In this document: in pieces, positions 1 to 13,341 of the stretch
Numbering within the stretch: the first letter of the stretch is position 1
How the letters are laid out: each line of letters begins with the position of its first letter
Assembly: GCA_951406725.2 (NCBI GenBank)
Contig: OX597823.1
Coordinates: 98,890,001-98,954,000 of the forward strand
Source of the DNA: Octopus vulgaris
Lineage: Eukaryota
Direction: 5' to 3'
DNA length: 64,000 bases
Translations under genes and position numbers: made by a program
The notes under the pieces: model-generated
What the model was told of the DNA's origin: nothing
Databases searched by the model: none
Seen by the model: only the letters and a program-made list of their open reading frames with translations

Positions 1-192
1 TCATAAGACCCCATATGATCAGCCATATGATTGAGTTGACAACTTTCCTGCTTCAAACAAAAGAATGCTGTAAAATAACTTCTTTTGGTGCACACACACA
101 CACTCTAGGTAAAACTTCTGTATGAATTAAGTTATTTCTTGCTGCGTGTATGTGCAAAATTACAGCTCAAATCCAATTGAAATCACCTTTTT

Positions 193-232
193 CTATTCTG
201 TAATCATGTTTGTAGTGACCATATTTAAAAAC
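193..232 (-). CDS. Candidate terminal exon of the ARH gene ((E)FLNMVTTNMITE*)
   Basis: cag acceptor completes GA|G and gives a plausible last helix LDEFLNMV. The polypyrimidine tract is weak, and acceptors at 242 or 4041, or an exon outside the window, are also possible. Confidence 0.35.
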
Positions 233-524
233 CTGATCTTCACTATAAACTTAAAAGGAAATTCTCCTAGAAATTCTGTCCTTTACCTGTTGTTTCTAGC
301 ATGTCCGAGGTTACATTTGTGCCCTCACCCCTATTTTCTTTCCTAAATTTCTTCTGCTTTCAATACAGGAGATTAGGATTTTGCCCAAAAAACATGTTCT
401 TAATAATTTAATTTTCCCCCTCTCCATCCCAATTTCTTCATGTTTTACTTTTTTACAAAATTTTTTTTGTTAATCCACAGAGAAAAAAAACAGAGAGTAC
501 AAATCTTGAAGAATTTTCTTCTTT

Positions 525-852
525 CTTTTTTCTTAAAGAAACATTAAAATCTCCTTCCCAAACATCCACCAATCACCTCACCACTTTCAAAAAGCTACAA
601 ACTCCCAATGTTTCACTTTTGGCTTTTTGAAAAGCAGGGAAGTTTCTTCAGGAATAATGTCATGTACCTGGTGTTTCTAGCATATTGAGTTTTCTGGTGA
701 TGATCTGGTATTTTTTTACATCTGCTATTTCAGTACAATTCTACATATGTGTTAAACATCAGACGAAAGTGAAAGATAGGGTGTTTTTAGCTTTTTGAAA
801 GTGGGTGGGTGATGGGTGGGTAAGGTGGGCAGTGAGTGTTTCTTTAAGAAAA
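525..852. mobile_element. MITE-like inverted-repeat element
   Basis: Imperfect inverted arms of about 80 bp (tcttaaagaaaca...ccactttcaaaaagcta versus its complement at 778-852). Confidence 0.55.
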
Positions 853-884
853 ATTAAACTTTAAAAAATATATATATTTCCCAG

Positions 885-1178
885 ATCGTTACCAACGTCG
901 GCTTACTGGCACCTGTGCCGGTGGCATGTGTAAAAAGATTTGAGTGAGGTCATTGCCAGTACCGCCTGACTGGCCCCCATGCAGGTGGCACGTAAAAAGC
1001 ACCCACTACACTCTCAAAGTGGTTGGTGTTAGGAAGGGCATCCAGCTGTAGAAACTCTGCCAGATCAAGATTGGAGCCTGGTGCAGCCATCTGGTTTGCC
1101 AGATCTCAGTCAAAATCGTCTAACCTATGCTAGCATGGAAAGCGGACGTTAAACAATGATGATGATGATAATGATGAC
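885..1178 (+). mobile_element. 5'-truncated RTE LINE 3' end. Other copies: 2200-2370(-), 3380-3510(+), 7175-7740(-), 10165-10485(+), 14408-14855(+), 21337-21826(-), 23878-24110(+)
   Basis: Same sequence as the 3' UTR following the RT ORFs at 42208-44380 and 62990-63830; ends in gacgttaaac(gat)n. Copy boundaries are approximate. Confidence 0.85.
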
Positions 1179-2767
1179 TCCACCGGGTCTTTCCTCTCAG
1201 AATATCAAAGGGGATTCTCTCTGCCAATGAAGAGTAGATAGTAGGATGCTTGCATGATAGTGAGACAAGGGCACTGAATGAGGGGGATGTGAGAAGTTCT
1301 GGGGAGATATGAAGCAAACCTGTTCTGTTGGATGATGATATTAGTGAGCATGAGCAAAGAAGACATGGTCAGAAACAATGACAGCTGATCTCAGGATGTT
1401 GAACATTACAGAAGATGTAACAAAGCAATACAACAAATGGCATGATGCTGTGTTGGAGAAGACCTGTTCAACCCATGCAAGAATGAGAAAGCAGATATTA
1501 AATGATGATGATGATGATATCTAGACTGCAGTTCTAAAACAGTTAATATATATATATTTATTAAAGTTTACTCCAAATATTACAGTTTTCTACCAAATTA
1601 AATTTTTTTGAATACAAAATAATTTTCACTTGACTTTTTTTTTCTTTTACAAAACACTTTTTTTTTTCTCTTTGAAGAAATAAATTTGTTTCTTATAACA
1701 TACATCCTGTTAAGACATTCCAAAATAATAAAAAAAAATTTCAAAACATTCATTTTTCATTATGTAGGAAAATATTAAGTTACTTGTATTAAAATTTGCA
1801 GCCATTCTTCAATTTCTTATGATGAAAACTGAAGCAGTGCTAGCAATATATTTAATCTCATATGAGCTCAGCAGTGTGTCAAAGATAGAGTTCAGTAAAA
1901 TAAATAGTAGATCACAGTCAATTTTCAAGTGCTTCAGGGTTGTCAAACTACACTCTCATACTTAACTCTGGGACCACCGCCTTCTAACACATGCAAGTAC
2001 CTATAAAGGAAGAGAAAGACTGGCAATGTAATATGGGTACATGCAAAATAAAGGTGTGTTACAAGCAAACAAATATTACAGATCATGCTTGTGTGTGTGT
2101 GCCACTGTAGTACAGCAGTGTCTTTCATTTCAAATCTCCCATGGAAACATACCTGGCCATGGGGATATATCCCCTTTACTTGGCAGCCGGCTATAGAACA
2201 TGTCATCATCATCATCATCATCATTTAGCGTCCGCTTTCCATGCTAGCATGGGTTGGATGGTTCAACTGGGGTCTGTGAAGCTGGAAGGCTTCGTCAGGC
2301 CCAGTCAGATCTGGCAGTGTTTCTACGGCTGGATGCCCTTCCAAATGCCAACCACTCCGTGAGTGTAGTATGTGTACCTCAATAAAACTCTGTCCAACTC
2401 ATGCAAGCATAGAAAAGTGTAAGTTAAATTGATGATGACAGTGATATCTACATATGTGTGAGTGCATACATAACGCATGTATAATATACATATATGAATA
2501 CATATAATAATAATTATTTGAGGGAATATTAATCCTAACTTACAGGGAAAAAACTCAATTTAGAAATACTAAATCAAATTTCACACAATATAATATATAT
2601 ATATTAAAAAATTAGGAAAAAACACCTTTTATCAATTGAAAATGAGCAATTAAATTACACCATCTAGAAAATTACATATAATAGAAATATTAAAATTAAA
2701 ATAACAATAAAATACCAATGATTAAGTAAATTGCAAAAAAACAATAAATAATTTTAACAAATATATG

Positions 2768-2815
<48 letters not shown>

Positions 2816-4376
2816 TGGTTGAGCATTAAAATGCACTTAGACCTGCTGGACTCCAAACAACCATAATGGAGAAACGCATACAGGAACTATAAGATAAACT
2901 GGTGTTTATCCTTATTTCTGAGACAATATATATATATTCAAATAAAGTACATAAAAATTACAAAGTGTGTGTAAGTGTGTGTGTTACCACAAACAAGATG
3001 AACCACCACTGCCACAACTACCACAGTCCCCCCCACACACACACCACCACTACCACCACCACCATTTTAGGTTTACACACTATTCTATGTTGAGAGATTT
3101 TCCTAGCTCACACTGTTCCTACTAATCTCTCCGCCTCCTCCTCCTCTCTCTCTCTCTCTCTCCTTCTCTTCCAGCAATTATAGCACATGATCTTTTGCCT
3201 CTCAACTAATTGTGTATGTCGGCATATAGCTGTGCATAAATTAGCTTGTGTGTGACTGTGTGAGAGAGGAGGAAGCAGTGTGTGTGTGCGTGTGTGTGTG
3301 TGCATGCACATGTGCTCGAGAGTATTTGCAAGAACATGATATAACAGTTATATTTTTGCTCAGGCTTCAATCTTGATTTGTAGAAACTCTGCCAGATCAA
3401 GATTGGAGCCTGGTGCAGCCATCTGGTTTGCCAGTCCTCAGTCAAATCGTCCAACCCATGCTAATATGGAAAGCGGACGCTAAACGACGATGATGACGAT
3501 GATGATGATATTGCAGTGGCTTATTTAGAGGACGAAAGTTGGTGCACATGACATATTTTTTCTCAGCACTTTCCAAACTGGTGGAGAGGGGCAAGGAAAA
3601 AACACAACTGTAAAAATAGCTGGCTGTAGTAAAAGACAGAACACCAAGATATTAAGTTATCCTCACACGACAGACCTTGACTTGGTCAGAATAACTACAA
3701 CAGAACAGATTCTATTAACAGCACCAAAGAGTTAGATGCTGCTGCTAAACACTGCATCAGATTAAATTTGCAACCTAGAGGGTAAGCAATAAACATTCGA
3801 AGAAAGAGCAAGAGATATAAAAAGAAGGTCCAGCCCTTTGGGAGAGAGCCTTTGACTGTAATAGCAAACTGACAAATGCCTTCTTTTGTTTAACATTTGT
3901 TTTGGCAAACATGCATTCCTGGCATTAACCTTTACCAGTTTTTCTTGTAATAGATTACTTATTTCACATGACTTGAAAGACATAAGTGGCCAGATGATTT
4001 GTTGACAGGGGAAGCTGATACCACCACCACCTGCTGTGTATCTGTATGACCAATTAAACATGTAAAAACGATCACACACACATACACAGACAAGCTGAAG
4101 ATTTATGCTAAATGTATTAACGATACCAAAACACAACAGCAATTAATAACATTTTCAGCTGATATATAGGCATGGAATTTGGCCAAAAGAAATGTTCATA
4201 TTTGGTTATAGAATGAAGAAAGTCAATCCCCCAAACCCAAAACCTGTGCATCAATGGTCTCTCTATCTCCCCCATTCCACATAAAGAATGTTACAAGTAC
4301 CTAGGCATAGACGAAAATGTATCATATGAAGGCACTGTGAATAAAGGTAGAGTGACCCAAAAATATTACACCAGAC

Positions 4377-5190
4377 TTAGGAAAATATGACAGTCGGAAC
4401 TCTCCTCTTACAACAAAACAATATCCCACTATGATTTGCAGTACCAGTGCTGATTCCAACATTTTTGTGAATGGCATTGTAAATTGTTTTAGCGACAACA
4501 TCGTGCCACATAAAGATGTAGTACCGTGATGACATTTTAGGACATCTGCTGATCACATGCAGGATGTCTTCCACAGAAACATGACATAGCCTACACCTGC
4601 AGTTACACGTTTGGATTACAAGAGCATCACTATCTCTCTTGTTCACCGGGTACTTTGTGGCAATCTCCTGTTCCTGGGTTGCAAACACATAGCCTTCAAA
4701 GTGTAATGTGATGTAATGGTCTTGTGTCCAATTGAGGCTGTGCTCCATGTCAATTCTACTGTTTTCTTCAAGCTTCTGATCAACATACCCATGCATAGTC
4801 TTTTTTTTTTTTTGTATGCTGAGTGTTTTCCATCCAGGTCTTCTCTGAGGTAAGAGAGCCCAGCTGTTTTGGGGCTGTATAGGAGATCCTCAGGAAGAGA
4901 GTACTTCTTGAGGAGCTCGCTGGCAACTCATACGATGTTGCTCACTTCACTTTTCAGCACTGCATTTATATATTTATTTTTGCTGCTGTTGTTCAGCTGC
5001 TGCTGCCTGAGTGATACCATACGGCATTCAAAGGCCGTCTACCACCTTCATTTCTTGATCTCTACCACCTTCATTTCTTCTTAGGTAGAGCCTATCAACA
5101 TTGCTGTTTCTGTGAAAGTTCCCAGTTATTGTCAGGATTTTGAAGGTTTTGATATCTATGGACAAATATCTTCTATTATAACCCCAGGCT
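4377..5190 (-). mobile_element. Restriction-like-endonuclease LINE fragment (R4/Dong-like)
   Basis: MHGY...EGYVFATQEQ...CRLC...E...H.IS.C...Y...HD.VAK; degenerate. Confidence 0.75.
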
Positions 5191-5434
5191 GACCAAATCT
5201 ATTGAGTGAATTTGGTATGGCTGTAACCCTTTTTTAATAGAGGTTCATAGCCAGAAATTTGAGGGAGAGAACACTGGATTGTATCAATTCACAATACTTG
5301 TTTAGTATTTTATTCTGTCAACTCGATAGATATAAAAAAAAAGGTGATGTAAGGTAAATTTTACAAGTGTTTGTTAACTAAAAACATATGCTTATAATTT
5401 TACTGCATATCTATAAATGTACAAATATACAAAG

Positions 5435-5581
5435 CGTGGTGATAAGAAGCTTGCTTTCCAACCTCATGGTTCCCAGGTTCAGTCACACTGCATGGCACTT
5501 TGAACAGGTATCTTCTGCTATAGCCTCAGACTGACCAAAGCCTTGTGAGTGGATTTGATAGAGAGAAACTAAAAACAGCGC

Positions 5582-5639
<58 letters not shown>

Positions 5640-5845
5640 TGCCTTTGTTCCCCGTCCCCAATTGTCAACTGGTGTTGGTGTGTTTACATTCCTGTAACTT
5701 AGTAGATTGACAAAATAGACTGATAGAGTAAGTACCAAGCTTAAAAAAAAAAATAAGTACTGGGGTCAATTTGTTCAACTAAAAACCCTTCAAGGTGGAA
5801 CCCCAGCTTGGCCACAGCTTAATGACTGAAACCAGTAAAAGATAC
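5435..5845 (+). mobile_element. tRNA-derived SINE with a CORE-like domain (octopus OR2-like). Other copies: 10500-10843 plus 13357-13375(-), 20490-20650(-), 24770-24870(+), 51660-51810(-), 52010-52165(-), 54455-54935(-)
   Basis: A-box/B-box head (gtggtaagaagcttgcttccc...ggttcagtcccac), ggcaccttgggcaagtgt core, internal (TG)n, tail aatgactgaaacaagtaaaag. Confidence 0.8.
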
Positions 5846-6009
5846 ATATATACATATACGTATGTATAGATACACACATATATATGGATACATTTCTTTT
5901 TTTTTTGTTTCTTGAGCCCTGAGACTCACCAAGCCGGTTACCAAGTCACTATGATGTATAAGTGAACAACCAAAATTACAACGTTCCCACTAAATGCAAC
6001 ACTGACCTA

Positions 6010-6205
6010 TCAGAGGCCACAAAGCCAGCAATTTTAAGGAGAGGGGACAAGTTGATTACACTGAACCCCAGTACTTGATGGTACTTTATAGATAACCCCT
6101 CCCAAAAGAGATGAAAGGCAAAGTTGACTTTGGCAGGATTTGAACTCAGAACATAAAAAGCCACTAAGCGTTTTATCCGACATGCTAATTCTGCCAGTTT
6201 GCTGC
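6010..6205 (-). mobile_element. tRNA-derived SINE with a Nin/Deu-like domain. Other copies: 8910-9070(+), 15830-16265(-, two), 17000-17130(-), 17395-17605(-), 31215-31400(+), 37990-38130(-), 45200-45420(+)
   Basis: Repeated gagttcaaat..gccaaggtcaactttgcctttcatcc..ggggtcgataaa.taagtaccag block. Confidence 0.75.
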
Positions 6206-6263
6206 CATGGACACACACACAGACATAAGAACAAAATAAACTTTAAATATAATGATAACTAAC

Positions 6264-6394
6264 TCATCTAAAATTGAATCAAGCCATGTTCTGTGCAGCA
6301 GACTGTCAACCCATGAATTCGGAATGGCATCGAGGCCCATTTTACATCCAAGAACAGCTCCAGCTGCAGCAGCATTCGCATCAGCATCTCCTCC
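6264..6394 (-). CDS. ARH/DraG family gene, exon 8 (GGDADANAAAAGAVLGCKMGLDAIPNSWVDSLLHRTWLDSILD)
   Basis: tttcag acceptor and gttagt donor; GGD-x-D-x-N-AA-x-x-GA-x-LG...IP..W is the ARH/DraG C-terminal signature. Confidence 0.93.
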
Positions 6395-6724
6395 CTGAAA
6401 TCAATAGAGAATAACACTTCTCATACATTTCAAAAAGTTAGCCATTGTAAATATTTGGGACAGAGTTTTCTTCAGGATAACTATATCCAGTTGGTATTAA
6501 GTAGAGGATAAAAAACTTTGAATAAACTGTATAAATACTCTTGTTTGTAAATACCTCATACATTTATGACTGTTATTCCATTTAAGGCTTTAACTCCTTC
6601 AATACAGAACCACCTGAGACTACCACTGGTTTTGCCACAAAATTCTTTCATTTTAAACTCTTCACATTAAAGTTAAAAGCTTTCATCATAATTTAATAAT
6701 GAGTGCTCCTCTGAAATTTTATCA

Positions 6725-6930
6725 AGCAGGTAATCATGCCAGGATTGTGTTGGGAAAAGCATTGAGGAGGCTCGAGAGAGAAAGCTTGTTGAATACCAAG
6801 AGCTTGTAGAACAATGCAGAGCTGAGGCTAGTCGGATTCCTGCAATTGACGTGGATTGCATGGGATTTGTGGGGCAATCATTCTACAGAGCACTAATTGG
6901 GCTTGGAATCATTAATACAGCAAAGAGGTG
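6725..6930 (+). mobile_element. HERO/NeSL-like LINE endonuclease C-terminal fragment
   Basis: Translates as IEEARERKLVEYQELVEQCR...IDVDCMGFVGQS. Confidence 0.6.
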
Positions 6931-7853
6931 GGGAAAATCTTGAAACCTTTGTGAAACAGTCTTTTAAATTTATGTTCTAAACAACAATTTAATGAAAAGA
7001 AGCTAACTTTTTCATTAAATCCCACCAAGTCATTTGAAACAGAGGTAATATACATCATTAAAGATGTGGTCAAGAAAAGGTAAAAATTAAAAAGTCATTG
7101 ATTGGATTTCTTTACCAACATATAGACTGTACCTGTAGCATGTACACAAACAATGGTGGAGTTTCCATGCTTATCATCATCATTATCATCATCATCATCA
7201 TTTAACGTCCGCTTTCCATGCTAGCATGAGTTGGACAAATTTGACTGAGGGCTGGCGAACTAGATGGCTGCACCAGGCTCCAGTCTTGATCTGGCAGAGT
7301 TTCTACAGCTGGATGCCCTTCCTAACACCAACCACTCTGAGAGTGTAGTGGGTGCTTTTTACATGCCACCGGCACGGGGGCCAGTCAGGCGGTACTGGCA
7401 ATGACCTCACTCGAATCTTTTTACACATGCCACCGGCACAGGTGCCAGTAAGGCGATGTTGGGAACGATCACACTCGAATGGTGCCCTTTTTTGTGCCAC
7501 CGGCATGGAAGCCAGTTGGTTGCTCTGGCAACGATCACGCTCTGATGGTGTTCTTGGCACCCTACTAGTACGGGCACAAGTCCAGTAAGGCAACGCTGGT
7601 AACGATCACACTCGAATGGTGCCCTTTTATGAGCCACTGGCACAGAAGCCGGTTATCTGCTCTGTCAATGATCACACTCGTATGGTGCTCTTTGCACCCC
7701 ACTAGCACAGATGCCAGTCATCGAATTTGATTTTGATTTAATTAGTATTTATTCACCGACTCAGCATACAAAAGGAGAGAAACAGAAAGGTGGAGAACAA
7801 GGTAGAGAAAGTAGACAGATTTGAAACGTTCAATCAAATGTTGATATGCTTAC

Positions 7854-8012
7854 CTCCATTACTATCTCCTGTAGTGCTTTACGGAAGTCCTTCTGCTTCA
7901 GTGCCCACATGGCAACACCAACTGTTTTAAAAATATACCGGGTTTTGCCAGGTTCGTTTAATTGTAGTTGTTTCAAAGATGAGTTGTACATGTAAGATTG
8001 CAACTCACGAAC
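7854..8012 (-). CDS. ARH/DraG family gene, exon 7 (VRELQSYMYNSSLKQLQLNEPGKTRYIFKTVGVAMWALKQKDFRKALQEIVME)
   Basis: tag/gtaagc boundaries, 159 nt, DF..AL..I.ME leading into the GGDxD motif. Confidence 0.92.
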
Positions 8013-9345
8013 CTAGAGAAAACATTAAAACACAAATTAAACACAGAATATAAAGTGTTAAACATAAAACATATTTTCCCAAGTTGGAATTAATCAAATA
8101 AATTCTTGTTTGCAGATAGAAAAGTATGTTCTTTGACAATATCATACAATGATAGGGAGAAGGAATGTTGAGAAGAGCAGGAAATATGAAGAGAAATGAA
8201 TTCCTGATTTTCGAATCAATAATCCAGGATCTTAATCACACAAAACCCATGTATTTATAATAGAGTGCCATTGTAACAGTGAAATTCAGAGTAAATAAAT
8301 ATATGAATTGTATATATTGGGTAGAAATATACGCTTTGGATAGAAAAACAAAATCAAAGGCTGCCAAAATAGAATTACTTCATATTTTCTCTCAAAGTTT
8401 CTAACTTCATATGATGCCAACATCTGAATTGGTTTTGGTATGAAGACTACACAAAGTTGTTTGAAGGAAGATTTAGTTGCTTGTATAGAATTTATATAAA
8501 AGTTCCTTTGCTAGTTTCTTTCATTTTATTGTTGTAGATTTTATTATTCTACATAGAAATTACATTTCTATGTATCTAAAATGTAGCATTAATACAGTGA
8601 TAGGGGTTAGCTTCTCTCATCTGTTCACAATTACCATTTACACACTCTTTTGATCAGTATATTTCATCTTTTGTAGCCATTTAGAAACATAAAAAAAAGC
8701 CATGAAAGATTGAAGAAGAAACACTTGAGATAAGAACCATTTGTCTGTCTCTTTTAATTAAAGCCCAAAACTATAAAAACCATCGCACCAACAATGACAA
8801 AATAACATCAACAACAAAACCTGAAAATATAACTTGAAACCAAACAAGACAATGGCACTTCTTGTAAGTTGGATTTCTAGATCAGTTCCAAGGAGTTGTA
8901 TTTGTATTGCTGGTTCTGAGGAAGTAAAATGGAAAAGTTGTTGGAGAATCAAATGGAACGCAATGTGATATTTATTCTGGCTATTTGCGTTTTGAATTTA
9001 AATCCCAACAAGGTCAATTTTGTCCTCCATGTTTCTAGGATCAATAAATAACGTACCAACCGATTACTGGTGCAACCCTCTGTGCCCCCCAGCAGTCACA
9101 TCCAGGATGTTCTAGTGAGTCCAGAGTTGGAGGGCCCAGAGCATGTCTGTGTCAGCTCAAGACTATGTGTACACCTTAATTAGCAAAAGCATGCTACTAA
9201 GTCATCCTGAGCTACAAGTAATGGCCAAAATATTTAGTTTATTACTCATGCTAAACTGAATTGAACCGTACACACACCTGAAACTAGAGCAGTTGCATAA
9301 TGAGAAAGAATCCAAAGTTTAGAAAAGGAAATAAATTTAACAAAC

Positions 9346-9499
9346 CTCTGCATCAAGTGAGAGTAATTTTGATGCATAATCGAAAGCATCAGAGATGATG
9401 GCATTAATATTATATTCTCCAGACTTTTTCAGATGTTTTGGATCTCGCTGAATCAACATGGCTAATGTTACCGACAGAGCAACACCCCCTGCTTGACAC
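9346..9499 (-). CDS. ARH/DraG family gene, exon 6 (CQAGGVALSVTLAMLIQRDPKHLKKSGEYNINAIISDAFDYASKLLSLDAE)
   Basis: tag/gtttg boundaries, 154 nt, open frame and phases compatible with both neighbours. Confidence 0.87.
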
Positions 9500-10843
9500 C
9501 TAGGGTAGAAGAAAACTGCATGTAAATATTTACTAAAAACTGACAGCAGTGGCAGAGAAATACATCCTCATTGCTTCAATATCCACTTTTCCATGCTTAC
9601 ACGGATCAGATAGAGTTTACCAAGTTAGATATTCTAAGGCAGGATGCTCTCCCTGTCATCAATGCTGACCTGTTTCCAAGCAAGGCAATACTTCACCATG
9701 TTTTTGTAGAAAATTGAAAATACATGACCTTCATTTACAACAATCATATGTTGTCATGACATCACAGATGTCACACACACAAAACATAGTTTCTGTCTAC
9801 CAAATCCACTCACAAGGCTTTAGCCAGCCTGGGGTCTATAGTAGTAGACACTCACCCACACACTGAGACGAAACTCATGTGGCCTGGAAGTGAACTTCAA
9901 AACAAATAAAAGACTGCAACACCACAGCTTTGTCAAATGTATTTTCATGGATGTTATAAATACACTTTTCTACGCTGAATCTAAACAGGTAATCAAGTTT
10001 TCTCTATCAGGCTTAGATTTCTAGTGATAATATATTTGTTTTACATTATTTAGCTGAATGACTGGATAAAAAAACAATATATTAACATAAATGTGATAAA
10101 AAATTTTACTAGTAATAGACATATTAATTTTTATGTACAATTAAGGTGTATACATCAACATCAAAATAAATATCAAATGGAAATGGTAGTTGTGATACCT
10201 GTGCCGGTGGCACGTAAAAAGCACCATCCGAACATGGCCGATGCCAGCACCACCTTGATTAGCTTCTGTGCACGTAAAAAGCACCAACTGATCGTGGCCG
10301 CTGCCAGTCTCCCCTCGCACCTGTGCCAGTGGCATGTAAAAAGCACCCACTACACTCACGGAGTGGTTGGCATTAGGAAGGGCATCAAGCTGTAGAAACA
10401 CTGCCAGATCAGACTGGAGACTGGTGCAACCTCCTGGCTTCCCAGACCCAGCACGGAAAACAGACGTTAAACGATGATGATGATGAATTAGAACAATTTA
10501 TTACTTTAATCTTTTACTTGTTTCAGTCATTAAACTGCAGCCATGCTGGGGCACCTCCTTGAAGAATTTTAGTTGAATGAATTGACACCAGTACTTTTTT
10601 TGAAGTCTAATACTTATTTCGTTGGTGTCTTTTGCCAAACAGCTAAGTTACAGGGACATAAACACACCAACACTGGTTGTCAAGCGGTGATGGGAAGACA
10701 AACACAGACGCACACACATATATATATATGATGGCTTCTTTCAGTTCCTGTCTACCAATTCCACTCACAAGGCTTTGGTTAGCCCAAAGGTGCCACACAG
10801 TGGGACTGAACCCAGGACTAGATGGCTGGGAAACAAGCTTCTT

Positions 10844-11293
10844 TATTTCATTACATTTGCCATAAAGGCAGTACATAGAGTAAAGTAGCTTTGCAGGCTG
10901 GACAAGGACATTAATGAAATTAATGATAATGAAAGAAAGATGATAAGGATGGGAGAAGACAAAAAGCACCCGCCGACTTCTGCTTCTCTAAAACATTGTT
11001 CTTTAAAACCAAACACAACTTTTACAACTTTTCAATTTTGGGACTTAACAGTCCATTACAAACAACAACATAGTTCAATAATTACAATACACAAAGCCCC
11101 TCCTCCCAGACCTGGCTTACACTTCCCTTAGGCAATGCGCCAGCACTAGGTCGGGGTCCCTCAAGGCGTATCTAAAAATGTCCTTTGAGAAGGTGTTCAT
11201 TACTCTGACCATAGCGACATCCAATATGATCTTCGAAGTCACCTGCGAAAGCCACTCCTCATCCCCTGTCCAGGGCATGGGCTCCTACCTCCA
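10844..11293 (-). mobile_element. 5'-truncated retroelement 3' end inserted in a SINE head
   Basis: Bounded by GGAA(A/G)CAAGCTTCTT at 10829-10843 and 11294-11308; ends in AATAAA at the junction on the minus strand. Confidence 0.65.
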
Positions 11294-11308
11294 GGAAGCA
11301 AGCTTCTT

Positions 11309-13341
11309 TATTTTATCAAATTAGCCATGGAGACCTTACACTTACATAAAAATCAACATGTCAACCAAACATAAAAAATACATTATCACTTTTCCCTTCC
11401 TCCTTTTTCCGGACCCCCAGTCAAATATCTAGCCGCCTGCAGAGCAGACCACGTTGACAGCTGGGAGTTCAGAAAGAATGCGAAGTGCCTATTATCAAAT
11501 GTTTGTGTCACACAGTGCCAAAATTTATAACTCACCCTCAAAATAACTTGTGCCCGCATCCTCTACCATCCTCCACGCCTCTTTCAAAATCGTATCAAGT
11601 TCCGTGCCCGGGTACAAGCGATATTCCCCTTCAGCCCAAACGTCACGTCAAACATTATGGCCATTCGGGGTTCTGTATGAAGGCTAAAGGTGCTCCCTTA
11701 TGGTGCTTTTCCATCACCTTTTCAATCTCTCCGCCTCTATAGAAGAAGATCAATACTTCGTCTTCCTCCGGGGGTGGGATATCCAATTCTGACATTGGTG
11801 GCACAGTTCCCGCCAACGGTGTTTCTTCTCCTGCCGGTGGCACAACCCCAACCGACATAGTTCCGGGACATTCCAGTACTATGTCATTGACTGCTGGCAA
11901 TGTCCCGTTTCTCTTCCTCTTTTTCTCCTTTCAACTGAGGGAGGTTGCATCTCCTCCGTGGCCGGAAGATTCGCCTTCCCCTCCTCATCCCTAGGATCCT
12001 TCAGTGAGCACATATTGTTGCTCACCTTCTTCCTCTTTCGGCCCCTGTTTGAGGATTCCTCCTCTTCCTCGACTGCCTTCATTCCCTCTTCTACAGGGGT
12101 CTCACTCAACTGCTCCGGGACCTTATTTTGTTCCCGGGGACAGTTTTTTCTTTATATGGCCGGACTCCAGGCACCGATGACACCTGGGGGGACGACCCTC
12201 AAGTATCACTGGGTACTTGCACCTTGCCATTTTCAAAAAATCTGGAAAATCCAGATTGGCTGATTGGGTCCAAAGGGTCAAAACAGCTTTTGACCCAACC
12301 CAATCAGCAGCAGGAAGAACTTTCACATAAAGAAGCTTGGTCCCGCTGCCACCCAGACCCCGGTGGATAGTCTCCTCTATCCACTCGGGTTTTATCCCGG
12401 GTGGCAACTCGCAGACCCAAGCTTTCATCAACCTCCTTCCATGATACATGGGAAGGAACAAAATTTCCTCACCCTCCAAGGGTTGACTAGCAAATTTGCG
12501 AGCCTCTTCAGGGGTATCAAATAGCAACCACACCGTTGCATATCTGACACCCCTGGAAATGAATTTAATTGTTGGCAAATACTCTGCCAACTCCTTTTCA
12601 ATTGCCGTCTTTTCGAATAGGGCGATGGTGTCGAGTGACTTGGAGTAGGTTCTCAACACCACTGTCCTATCTTCACGGTCTTTCAACCACTTTTTGGGCG
12701 GTATAATCTCCCACTCCAAAACTTTGTCTTTTTTCATTGCCATGTTTTTTTTTTCTTTTTTGAAAATATATTCAAAATAAAACTTAAAAAGCGAGAAGAA
12801 AAAAGAAATCAAAAGAAAGTCACAATAAACAAAAAAGGAGAAAGTCAAATAAAGTTTAGAAGAAAGTCAATAGTTCAGGAACAGCAAAAAAATCTTCTGG
12901 CCATTCGGTACTCCCGGCCTAGGTTGAACCCGGAACGCCACAACTGGAACACAACTTACACAAAAATTGATATACAAATTGTTCAATCTTCGGAGGCAAA
13001 GACACTCCCCCAAACAGCAGTTCTCACAATAATTAAAGTTCTTCAAAAGGCACAATACAAGCAATTCACTCAACATAAACTGAAGACGAATACGCCCCCA
13101 AAAAAAATTCTCACAATTCAGCGAGAAAAATTATTTGCCCCATGTAGGCAGAACCAGAATTCTGAATCCAGTAGGACTTCCTGCCTGTACAAAAACAATT
13201 CTCAACAAAAATTCTCACTGGACCCAAAAAACAGAATCTTACCTTACAATGGAGTTTCAAAATCTTTCAATTCGAGACGGCTTCAAAAGCATGTCTCACC
13301 TCTTTGGTGCCGAACACCACAATTATTCGCACATGCGCAGT
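11309..13341 (-). mobile_element. ORF1-only (HAL1-like) Tx1/L1-type retroelement with an RRM-like region and CCHC knuckle
   Basis: ORF from ATG 12743; removing one A gives CHRCLESGHIKKNC (CX2CX4HX4C) and continues into an acidic/Pro-rich tail to about 11526. No EN or RT before the AATAAA end; flanked by identical 15-bp repeats. Confidence 0.75.

Noticed and set aside
3762-4142. 126-aa ORF as a separate gene or ARH last exon
   Set aside because: No recognisable motif. A phase-compatible acceptor exists at 4041, but the 90-aa tail does not resemble an ARH C-terminus. Not fully excluded.
7370-7720. Regularly spaced palindromic repeats resembling a CRISPR array (also 14410-14690 and 43915-44215)
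   Set aside because: The spacers are homologous to each other, the array is the 3' UTR of an RTE LINE, the context is eukaryotic, and no cas genes are present.
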